DNA of 64,000 bases, taken from NCBI RefSeq assembly GCF_000150275.1, contig NW_002060944.1, positions 3,662,123 through 3,726,122 on the forward strand, written 5' to 3'. Below are positions 1 to 10,100 of the stretch, piece by piece; the first letter of the stretch is position 1, and every line of letters starts with the position of its first letter. The stretch comes from Trichoplax adhaerens (lineage: Eukaryota; Animalia; Placozoa). The notes beneath the pieces are model-generated. The model saw nothing but the letters and a program-made list of their open reading frames with translations, was not told the origin of the DNA and did not search any database. The position numbers were made by a program, and so were the translations under genes.

Positions 1-2190
1 GTCCAGAGCAAGAAAAAACAAATAATGACGAGCACAACGTTGATAGTGAGAAAGTAACCGAGGAAGGCCAACTTTCAGGACATGAATCTGAAGGCGAAGC
101 TGATCAAAAGACAGAAGATGAATCTCATCAACATCAAGAAGAAATGAATAATGACGATGATAAGACAGCAGTTGAATAAGGACAACTTGCAGATCATGAG
201 TCTGAAGACGAAGCCAACGGAAAAGCTGAAGATGAACCTAGTCAAGAGCAAGAAAAAACAAATAATGATGAGCACAACGTTGATGGTACGAAAGTAACCG
301 AGGAAGGCCAACTTTCAGGTCATGAATCAGAGGTGGAGGCTGATCAAAAGACAGAAGATGAATCTCATCAACATCAAGAAGAAATTAATCATGGTGAAGA
401 AGGACAACTTGCAGATCATGAGTCTGAAGGTGAAGTCAATACGGAAAAACTGAAGATGAACCTAGTCAAGAGCAAGAAGAAACAAATAATGATGATCACA
501 ACGTTGATAGTGAGAAAGTAACCGAGGAAGGCCAACTTTCAGGTCATGAATCTGAAGTCGAGGCCGATCAAAAGACAGAAGATGAATCTCATCAACATCA
601 AGAAGAAATGAATCATGATGAAGATGGTAAGACAGCAGTTGAAGAAGGACAACTTGCAGATCATGAATCTGAAGGCGAAGCCAATAGAAAAACTGAAGAT
701 GAACCTAGTCAAGACCAAGAAGAAACAAATAATGATCACGGCGTTGATAGTGAGAAAGTAACCGAGGAAGGCCAACTTCCAGGTCATGAATTTGAAGGCG
801 AAGCTGATCAAAAGACAGAAGATGAATCTCATCAACATGAAGAAGAAATGAATAATGATGAAGATGGTAAGACAGCGGTTGAAGAAGGACAACTTGCAGA
901 TCATGAATCTGAAGGCGAAGCCAATAGAAAAGCTGAAACTAGTCAAGAGCAGGAGGAAGCAAATAATGACGAGCACAACGTTGATAGTGAGAAAGTAACC
1001 GAGGAAGGCCAACTTTCAGGTCATGAATCTGAAGGCGAAGCTGATCAAAAGACAGAAGATGAATCTCATCAACATCAAGAAGAAATGAATAATGACGATG
1101 ATAAGACAGCAGTTGAAGAAGGACAACTTGCAGATCATGAGTCTGAAGACGAAGCCAACGGAAAAGCTGAAGATGAACCTAGTCAAGAGCAAGAAGAAAC
1201 AAATAATGATGATCACAACGTTGATAGTGAGAAAGTAACCGAGGAAGGCCAACTTTCAGGTCATGAATCTGAAGGCGAAGCTGATCAAAAGACAGAAGAT
1301 GAATCTCATCAATATCAAGAAGAAATTAATCATGATGAAGAAGGACAACTTGCAGATCATGAGTCTGAAGGTGAAGTCAATAGAAAAACTGAAGATGAAC
1401 CTAGTCAAGAGCAAGAAGAAACAAATAATGACGAGCACAACGTTGATGGTGCGAAAGCAACCGAGGAAGGCCAACTACCAGGTCATGAATCTGAAGGCGA
1501 AGCTGATCAAAAGACAGAAGATGAATCTCATCAACATCAAGAAGAAATTAATCCTGATGACGATGGTAATACAGCTACGGAAGAAGGGCAACCCATAGAT
1601 CATGAATCTGAAGGCGAGGCTGATCAAAAGGCAGAAGATGAATCCAATCAAGAGCAAGAAGAAACAAATAATGATGATCACAACATTGATGGTGAGAAAG
1701 CAACTGAAGAAGGCCAACGTTCAGGTCATGAATCTGAAAGCGAAGCCAATCAAAAGATAGGAGATGAATCTCATCAAGATCAAGAAGAAATTAACCATGA
1801 TGACAATGGTAAGGCAACGATCGAAGAAGGGCAACCCATAGATTATGCATCGGAAGGCGAGGCTGACCGAAAGGCAGAAGATGAATCTAATGAAGAGGAA
1901 GAAGAAATTAAAGATGATCAAAATGTCGATGGCGAAAAAGCAACGGAAGAAGGTCAAGTTTCAGGTCATGAATCCGAAGGTGAAATCGATCAAAAGACAG
2001 GAGATGAACCTGAAAATGATAAAGATGACAAAGGTGAACAAGAAATCGATGATAGCAAACACTTGGATGAAGAGCAAGAGAAAATAAATACTGAAGAAGA
2101 CCATGGCATCAACGGAGAGAAAGTGATCGAAGAAGGGCAACTTTCAGGTCGTGAATCTGAACATGAAGAGGATCAAAAGACAGAGGATGA
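1..2190 (+). repeat. Coding tandem repeat: ~240-bp higher-order unit made of two related ~120-bp (~40-aa) subunits (EEGQL[AS][DG]HESEGEA...)
   Basis: 'catgaatctgaaggcgaagc' recurs about every 110-125 bp, alternating A/B variants (…GEADQKTEDESHQHQEE… and …GEANRKTEDEPSQEQEE…) and degenerating toward ~2190. Confidence 0.92.
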
Positions 2191-4159
2191 GCCTACCAAC
2201 ATTCACGATGATGACGAGAACAGACAAGAAACTGAGGGTAGCCAACATGCAGATCAAGAGCAAGACATAAATAATGACGATCAGATCGATAACGAAGCAG
2301 AAAGTAATGTTGTCATCTCTGAACAAGATCGTATTCGTGATGATGAGCAGCAAGAAATAATCCATGATGAGCCCGATGATGCCAATGACAACAGGACAAA
2401 TGAGGAAATTGCTGATGATGAACATGATCAGCAGCCACAGATGGTCGCTCATGATGAGCATGGCAACGCTTACTTAGTAGACCATGATCAAGACGATCAA
2501 TTAATAGCAAATGATGAACATGGTGGTATTGAAAATTCTGATCCATCAAACAGAGGACTTGTTTCTGATGAACACGGCAATGCGTATGCAATAAATCAAG
2601 AGGGAGATGGCCACGATGTCGTTTATGATGAACATGGCAATCCATACGCCGCAGAGTCGAACCAAGATACTCAACATGTTGCCTATGACGAGCACAATAA
2701 CGCATACGTAGTAGATCCTCAGAGTGAACAAGTTGCTTACGATGAACATGGAAATGCATATAACGTAGATCCCTATCAAGATGGCCAGCAGATCAATTAC
2801 GACGAGCATGGAAATGCTTATGCCGTCGATCCTCATCAAGATGGTCAGCAGATCGCTTACGACGAGCATGGAAACGCCTATACCGTAGATACGAATCAAG
2901 ATGGCCAACAGATCACTTATGACGAGCATGGGAACGCTTATACCGTAGATCCCCATCAAGAGGCTCAACAGATTCATTACGACGAGCATGGAAACGCTTA
3001 TACCGTAGATCCTCATCAAAATGGTCAACAGGTTACTTATGATGAGCATGGAAACGCTTATGCCGTAGATCCCCATCAAAATGATCAGCAAATTACTTAC
3101 GATGAACATGGAAACGCTTATGCCGTAGATCCCCATCAAAATGGTCAACAGGTTACTTATGATGAGCATGGAAACGCTTATGCCGTAGATCCCCATCAAA
3201 ATGATCAGCAGATTACTTATGATGAGCATGGAAACGCTTATGCCGTAAATCCCCATCAAAATGATCAGCAGATTACTTATGATGAGCATGGAAACGCTTA
3301 TGCCGTAGATCCCCAACAAAATGATCAGCAGATTACTTATGACGAGCATGGAAACGCTTTTAGTACAGATCCAGGTCACAACGGTCAGCAAATTACTTAT
3401 GATGAGCATGGAAACGCTTATACGGCGGCAAATCCCTACCAAGATGGTCAGCAGATCACTTATGACGAGCATGGGAACGCTTATACCGTAAATCCCTACC
3501 AAGACAGTCAGCAGATTACCTATGACGAGCATGGAAATGCTTATACGACCATAGATCCTCATCAAGAAGATCAACAGATCACTCATGATGAACACGGAAA
3601 TGCTTTTACTGCAGATGCTCATCAAGATGATAGTCAGGTTATCTACGATGAGCATGGTAATGCTTATGCAACATCTGACGCACAAGGTAATGGATTTGGA
3701 CAACCATCGAATGAAGAAAATCAACACATAACTTATGATGAGCACGGCAATGCTTATGCTATCAATCCTAATCAAGCTATTGAACCTGCAGGTTACGATG
3801 AGCATGGCAATCCATATGTTGTCGATAATAATAGTCAAGATTATCAGCAACAAATAATGCATGATGGAAACAGTAACGTATCTGAATTAGGTGGCAATCA
3901 AGATACTCAGCAGGTAACTTATGATCAACATGGCAATACCAATGCTATCGATCCTAATCAAGTAAATCAGCAATTAGATTATGGTAAGCATGGTAACGCC
4001 TATGCGACAAACCCTAATCAAGTTAATCAAGAAATAAGATATGATGAACCTAATCATAATAGTCAAAATATTCTTTACGATCAGAACGGAAATGGTTTTA
4101 CCACTAGTCATAATTCAGCTTATAATACCCAAAATATCGCCAATCAGCAACGCCAATAG
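608..4159 (+). CDS. Large Glu/Asp/His/Gln-rich tandem-repeat protein (C-terminal part; true 5' end lies upstream, probably outside the window)
   Basis: 1183-aa open frame with no stop. The same repeat units continue back to position 1 but are broken by an in-frame TAA at 177-179 and a 2-nt frameshift near 442. The N-terminal half is HESEGEA repeats and the C-terminal half is YDEHGNAY repeats. No cysteines and no recognisable globular domain. Confidence 0.75.
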   Translation: MNHDEDGKTAVEEGQLADHESEGEANRKTEDEPSQDQEETNNDHGVDSEKVTEEGQLPGHEFEGEADQKTEDESHQHEEEMNNDEDGKTAVEEGQLADHESEGEANRKAETSQEQEEANNDEHNVDSEKVTEEGQLSGHESEGEADQKTEDESHQHQEEMNNDDDKTAVEEGQLADHESEDEANGKAEDEPSQEQEETNNDDHNVDSEKVTEEGQLSGHESEGEADQKTEDESHQYQEEINHDEEGQLADHESEGEVNRKTEDEPSQEQEETNNDEHNVDGAKATEEGQLPGHESEGEADQKTEDESHQHQEEINPDDDGNTATEEGQPIDHESEGEADQKAEDESNQEQEETNNDDHNIDGEKATEEGQRSGHESESEANQKIGDESHQDQEEINHDDNGKATIEEGQPIDYASEGEADRKAEDESNEEEEEIKDDQNVDGEKATEEGQVSGHESEGEIDQKTGDEPENDKDDKGEQEIDDSKHLDEEQEKINTEEDHGINGEKVIEEGQLSGRESEHEEDQKTEDEPTNIHDDDENRQETEGSQHADQEQDINNDDQIDNEAESNVVISEQDRIRDDEQQEIIHDEPDDANDNRTNEEIADDEHDQQPQMVAHDEHGNAYLVDHDQDDQLIANDEHGGIENSDPSNRGLVSDEHGNAYAINQEGDGHDVVYDEHGNPYAAESNQDTQHVAYDEHNNAYVVDPQSEQVAYDEHGNAYNVDPYQDGQQINYDEHGNAYAVDPHQDGQQIAYDEHGNAYTVDTNQDGQQITYDEHGNAYTVDPHQEAQQIHYDEHGNAYTVDPHQNGQQVTYDEHGNAYAVDPHQNDQQITYDEHGNAYAVDPHQNGQQVTYDEHGNAYAVDPHQNDQQITYDEHGNAYAVNPHQNDQQITYDEHGNAYAVDPQQNDQQITYDEHGNAFSTDPGHNGQQITYDEHGNAYTAANPYQDGQQITYDEHGNAYTVNPYQDSQQITYDEHGNAYTTIDPHQEDQQITHDEHGNAFTADAHQDDSQVIYDEHGNAYATSDAQGNGFGQPSNEENQHITYDEHGNAYAINPNQAIEPAGYDEHGNPYVVDNNSQDYQQQIMHDGNSNVSELGGNQDTQQVTYDQHGNTNAIDPNQVNQQLDYGKHGNAYATNPNQVNQEIRYDEPNHNSQNILYDQNGNGFTTSHNSAYNTQNIANQQRQ
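2446..4100 (+). repeat. Coding tandem repeat, 60-bp / 20-aa unit QQITYDEHGNAYAVDPHQND (~25 copies, most regular at ~2790-3420)
   Basis: Successive 60-nt lines from 3001 to 3360 are almost identical; 'gatgagcatggaaacgctta' recurs with a 60-63 bp period. Confidence 0.93.
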
Positions 4160-7100
4160 CCTAGATTCAGCCATCAAGCTATGTTACTAACGTCAATTCT
4201 CAGTAATAGTTTGGAAAAATTAAGCGACCACATTATTGATCACTAATCATTATCCAATCTAATTTGCAAACTGCCAGCAATAATGGAAATACATACTCCT
4301 ATACGAGCACTAGCCATGATCATCAGCTTCTACTAAACAGTCCTAATGCTAAAGTTAATTCCTGATCCATCTGCTATTTTCAACCAATCTAGAACGCTAT
4401 ACTTTAATTAGACTCCCAACCTATTGTAAATAAACAGTTTCTAGCAATCTACGAATTTTATAAGACGGACATAATAGATCAAGATGCAGTTGTTTAGAAT
4501 TCTCTGCCAAAGTAAATAATTCAATGGGATAGCTAAAAAGCTGGCACCGAGTTGGACTTTAGCAAATGGATGATATAGAATTTGATGCACACGAAGAATG
4601 TTTGACTAAGATCACAAGACAAAAGGAAACTGTCAGGCATATTGAATTTTGTAGATAATTTGGCTGATATTCCAAGATAACATTAACATTTTTAATGGCT
4701 TCTAATAATTAATCACAAATTTAGCAGTATAGATTAGACTATAATATGATGTATTACATCTCTATCAAGCCATTTAAATAATTAATAAGGCAAACATCTA
4801 CTCCACAGTCCCCAAGTGGCGCTAGATGGAAGATGTAAAAACTAAATTGCATGAAGCATAAAATATACATGTCTAGCGAAACAAAGGTTGTTTTTTGTAT
4901 TCCTATTGAATATCTCAATTACATACCGTAAATGATCATTCTGATTCTAAGCGTTGTTTATAATTATTAGATTAATGTCACTACTGCAGCTACAGTTATA
5001 GTCTTTTATGCTAACAATTTTGTTCATATATATTATATATGATCATGACATGCAAGGTTTTCTACATGAATATAGTTTATCTTTCAATGTATTTTCTTTT
5101 TTTTTTATACTTCTATCCATATGGATAACACACGGTCTCGTGTGGCTAATTCTCCAAATTCTATGTTTATCTAATATTTAGACCTAAACTAATATACTTT
5201 GGAAAGACGTACCTACAATTTACAGAAAAATTTTAAAACATATTTTTTGATACGTTCTAATACAAGCTGTTACGAGAACTTTATGCAGTAAGTGTAGATA
5301 TCTGAACACAGTAAATTTGTATTTGCTATCTACTATTGTTTAGCTATTTGAACAGTGCGAATGTAGCCTATATTCGTGGCTAATAGCAATATGTTGCAAA
5401 AAAGCATTGCTGTAAAGTATATTCTTTATGACTGATTGAATCGAATAGCAGCTATTTTATCTAAGGCCTTCTAGCTTAGAAAGTCATAATCTTATTAGTA
5501 AATTGTATATTATTACGTCATAGGTTAATATTGGCTGAAAGCTAAGCCAAAATCTGCGCAATCATATTTGTAATCTTTGCAATGACGAAATTACTTCTTC
5601 GCAATGGAGTGATTTAACATAAAATATGTTTAATCGGTAAAATTTTGGATAGGTTATTAAAATTACTGTATATGATTTTGCTATACAGATTATAAATAAA
5701 TATACATATGCAAAATTTTTATGTACGGCAATGTTTTATAACTCTTGTAAAGAAATTAACAGAACCAAGTAGTTTTGTTGATTAGCCGCTTCTATGAAAT
5801 CTAGTCTTTGTAAAGGGTTAACATGTTGCTGTATAAAGATATTTATTGACCACATCACATTAAATTCTCGCACTTTGAAACCTTAGAACTTATCGCCAAC
5901 GTCATTACTAAACAGGTACTGTACACTATGTTTAGTAAAATTACTTATGCTTAGATCATAATCAGCGACTACTCAACTAAGAATTCTCCCTCAAATGTCA
6001 TATTAGATTGCATGTTGGAATATCTGACTATACGCGTATACCTTATTAAATTTCTAAATTTTTAGATATCTTGGCTGTTATTGACAATCAGCATACTCCT
6101 ATTGATAGCCCAATACTGATAGCGTTTTTAGGAATCCAATGAAGGCAACAAGTATAAAATGTTAATAGGCACTTTATTACTCCATTTACTCGCATACCAA
6201 CTGTTGTAAATTCTAAGTTTACGTTAAAATATCAATCATTTGTTACAGTAACAGCAATAATAGCGATTCCTAGAAATAATTTGAGCTAATTTCGTACTCG
6301 GACCTACCAGTAAAATATCTAACAATAAATAAACTTAACAAGCTGCACACCGTAACATTTGTAGCATCTAAAAGCTGCAGAATGCGGCAAGCAGTAAATG
6401 TAAATAAAACCTACGAGACTGAAAGTTACTAAAATTTTGAATATTATCTAAAATATCATATGACATGGTATACAATACAATCACATCCTGAAATCTCTCC
6501 GTACAAATCTTTTTACCATCATCGTATCAGAACGCAGTATTCTAGACTTAATTTAATACTCGTGCTATTCGCGCATTTATATGAATAGGTAGCATGAAAT
6601 TTACAATAATTCTAAAAAATGTTACTAAACTTACAATTATTCGTTAGATGTGTCAACAGTACGTTTCTTAAAGTTTATTATCAGTGCTATAGGATTAGCA
6701 TTTTTGCCTAGTACAAATAATTACATCTACTCTGTATACATGTGCATATCATGTATCACAAAATTAAAGTAAACCAAGTCACTTAACTTACATCAACTAA
6801 TAAAACAGCTGATACTTCTAGTATAGATAGGTTTGTAGTTTAAAGAATATAAAATATATTACTTATTTAGCTTCTCATGGCATGAAATACCGTAAACTAT
6901 ACGTGATTGTATAATTACTTACAATTGAATACGCCACAAGTATTAAAAGATTGATACATTACTTAATTATATCTCAGCAAAGGATGCAGCATTGTTCTGT
7001 CTCATCATTATTATATATTTTATAAAAATTTTGATATCAGAAAACAAATTTCTGCTATCTTCAAGACACATTCTGAGAAATGTATGTATGTTTATAAATT

Positions 7101-7173
7101 TAAAACAATTCACTACGGCATAAATTCAGATATTCCGTAATACAGGCAGATCGTTTGTAAATTCACTCATATG

Positions 7174-10100
7174 TTATGATTTCAATGGATCAAATTCTGA
7201 TATACCTGGAGTAGCTGTGGTATTATTAGCAATTGTAGGTTTTAGTACAGAACTTGCTGGAGTAGTAGCCATACTAGCTCGTTTGTAAATTGCAGCAGGG
7301 TTTGCATTAACACCAAACGGAAGCGCACTCATCATATGTAATGGGGCAGGAATATCTGAGGCAGCGGGAAGACTTGTTATTTGACGCCTTTTTACAATCC
7401 TAGAGTCAAGATCATCCAGTGCCGTGGTATTTCTCCTGGTATCATCATATGAAATATACTGCTGCCTTGCCGTTGATGCTTTGGGGCGTGGCCTAACCGA
7501 TATAGAATTTTGGGCGGTCACTGGCGGCTTTTTCGATGGTATTGGTGGTGGATTTCGTAAGGGCAAGGGATGCAGTTCTTTAGACGTCGCAATACTGCCA
7601 GGCTCATAAATTTTAACGCTAATCCTTTCTTTATGACTATCGCGCTGTCTCCGTGAATGAGCGGCTTCACTTGCCATTTCAGCAATATTAATGCTGTCAA
7701 CATCTTGTCTATCTGCAAGGGCGCTACTTCCATACCGAAGTTCCATAAAATTAGGAACCGATCTATTATAATTCTTTTGCAAAGATGATGGACTATCAAT
7801 TACTACATATTCATCAAATTCAGCTATTAAATTTTCATTATCGGTCGTATTAGGAGGAGGCCTTAAGGCACCGGAAGTAGCAACTTGATCAGCTTGATTA
7901 TTATCATCGAGGTCTATAAGCTTGTCTACGGAAGTAGTTGATTTCATCGTTTCCCTGGATGCATTAATATCAGTAGTACCCTATAATATATTAGCATTTT
8001 ATAAAAATGTTACGATAGAAAATCCAATATTTCATTAAATTGCCCAATTAGGGCAGACAATGGTATAATGAACAAACGAAATCAATTAACATACAAATTT
8101 ATATTCAGGAATAGGGTCTACATCAGAACTTAATAATTCAATTACGGGTCTCGCACCGCGGCTGTCAAGTTTTTTCAGGTTTCGATCCCTAGGGGCAGAT
8201 GTCTCAATTGGCTGCGGAATAACAGATGAAGTTTTAGATTCAAAAAACTCACATCATCGAGTATTGTATCGAAATCTAAAACTGTAATGGCTATGTCATA
8301 CTGAAGTTCTGCTAAATTTCTTTATGAAAGCTGTCGAAAATGTTCCCGCTGCTTTGATAACATTTTGCGAGGATGCCTAAAAAGCAAACAATATCTTTAA
8401 TCCACCATAATACTCTATAATCTAGTCCATCTAATAACAAACGACTACCTTAATCGCTGCCATTGTAAGATTTAACTGTAAGAAAATAAAAATTGAATGA
8501 TCATTTACGAATATGCTAATTTAGATTACTTTCAAAAATTTTGCCATACCTTAGTGGAGCTTTTAACGTATGTATCAAAGAAGTCATCAATAACCGTTCT
8601 TGATTCATTATTATAAATTTCCAATCTTTCCGCTATAAACTGTAGAAGAATAGACTCCTTAAGTACATTGCAGCACAGAGATAGAAGTTACCAATTTGCA
8701 AGCCTCATAATATAATCAAATTTAAAGTCGTTAACTTGTTGAAATTGTTGTAACTGTGTCACTTTATCCATGAATGGCTTCAAGCTTTGATTTAATCCAT
8801 GTAAAAAACTGCGATGTAGGAAAGATATCAGAGTTATGACATTGGCAGCCGGAATCAACTATAGCTATCAAAATCTCTGTCGAACACACAAATAAATTAC
8901 TTACAATTCGCGATTAAATTCATAAATATTCTTCTCTTCCTACGTAAATAGAAAGGGTAGTCACCAATTTATTGTACTCATATGAATACTCTATAATTTC
9001 TCTTCTAAAAGAAAATTTACACACTATTACTAACATCTATCATAATAGCATCTTTATAAGACCCAAGTAGTAATGCGAAGACATCGAGAAATGCTCTAGG
9101 AATTGTATCTTCTACCATAGCGTCACTTCGTTTCAAAATACTTTTTAAATGATGTACCTAAAATAGAATAATGACTCAATATATTCATTTAATATTTTAT
9201 AAAAATGAGTAAGTATGGAGTCGCAATAACTAACCAATTCTTGCGGAAGAGCATTTAAATCTTTGTCCGGTAATTCCAATTTATTTTCATCTACATTTAA
9301 GATTACAACTTCGCTCAAAGGCCTCCTTCTTACATCCTAAAACGGATATTAATTCATACCGTCAAGGCTAAGAAAAAGGTTTAAATCTCGCTTCCTTCAC
9401 TTTAAACTGGAAAGATTTACCTCCATTAATGACGAGTGAACACCAATCAGAAAAGGCATAGGAGCGCTAAAATACAAATTATTTCGGTATTAAAAAGTTT
9501 GTATTGTAATTAACATATACATAGATAAATTTAAGTGTTAAACATACATGCATCGCATATGCCGTACATCACTTACCAACAGTAATCAATTAAATGCGGT
9601 GGAAGTACAGGAATGAAGATATGTTGCCTAAAAATATCACGAACGATCTTAGTTTAAGGAAAATTTTTCCTTCAATACTATGTGTATACACATTATAAAC
9701 AAGACCATTTACCAGTACATTGGATAAAGAAGATTTGCAGCACTGTATACACAAGCAGTAAGCTACAGTAAATATAAAATAGTTAATTCGTATACACAGA
9801 CCGGATGTCACCAAGTGATCAACTAAAATTATCCAACATAGATGTAAATGCTATGAGTTGACTAGCTAACCAATTTTAATCGGGAAGACGTAATAAGAAT
9901 TCTTCTTTCATGAAGCAAGCTAAAGTATAAATTACCATGGTTAATTTCGTAAGACACCGTATTTTAGAAGAAGCTGATAAAATCGAAAATTATCTAACCA
10001 CGCAAATAAATGCAGTATGTTCGCAGGTTGTACAGCACAAACGAAATCTGTCAAATTACGCTGTATAAAATATAGCAACATTTAATTATGTGAATAAGAA

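Noticed and set aside
2790-3600. 60-bp repeats as a CRISPR array or neuropeptide precursor
   Set aside because: There are no unique spacers, the repeats are in-frame coding and the context is eukaryotic. No dibasic or G-K/R cleavage sites lie between units.
75-3862. Hydrophobic minus-strand ORFs (e.g. 539-1012, 2546-3862) and alternate-frame plus-strand ORFs
   Set aside because: They are antisense or frame shadows of the GAA/GAT-rich repeat gene; their periodicity simply mirrors it.
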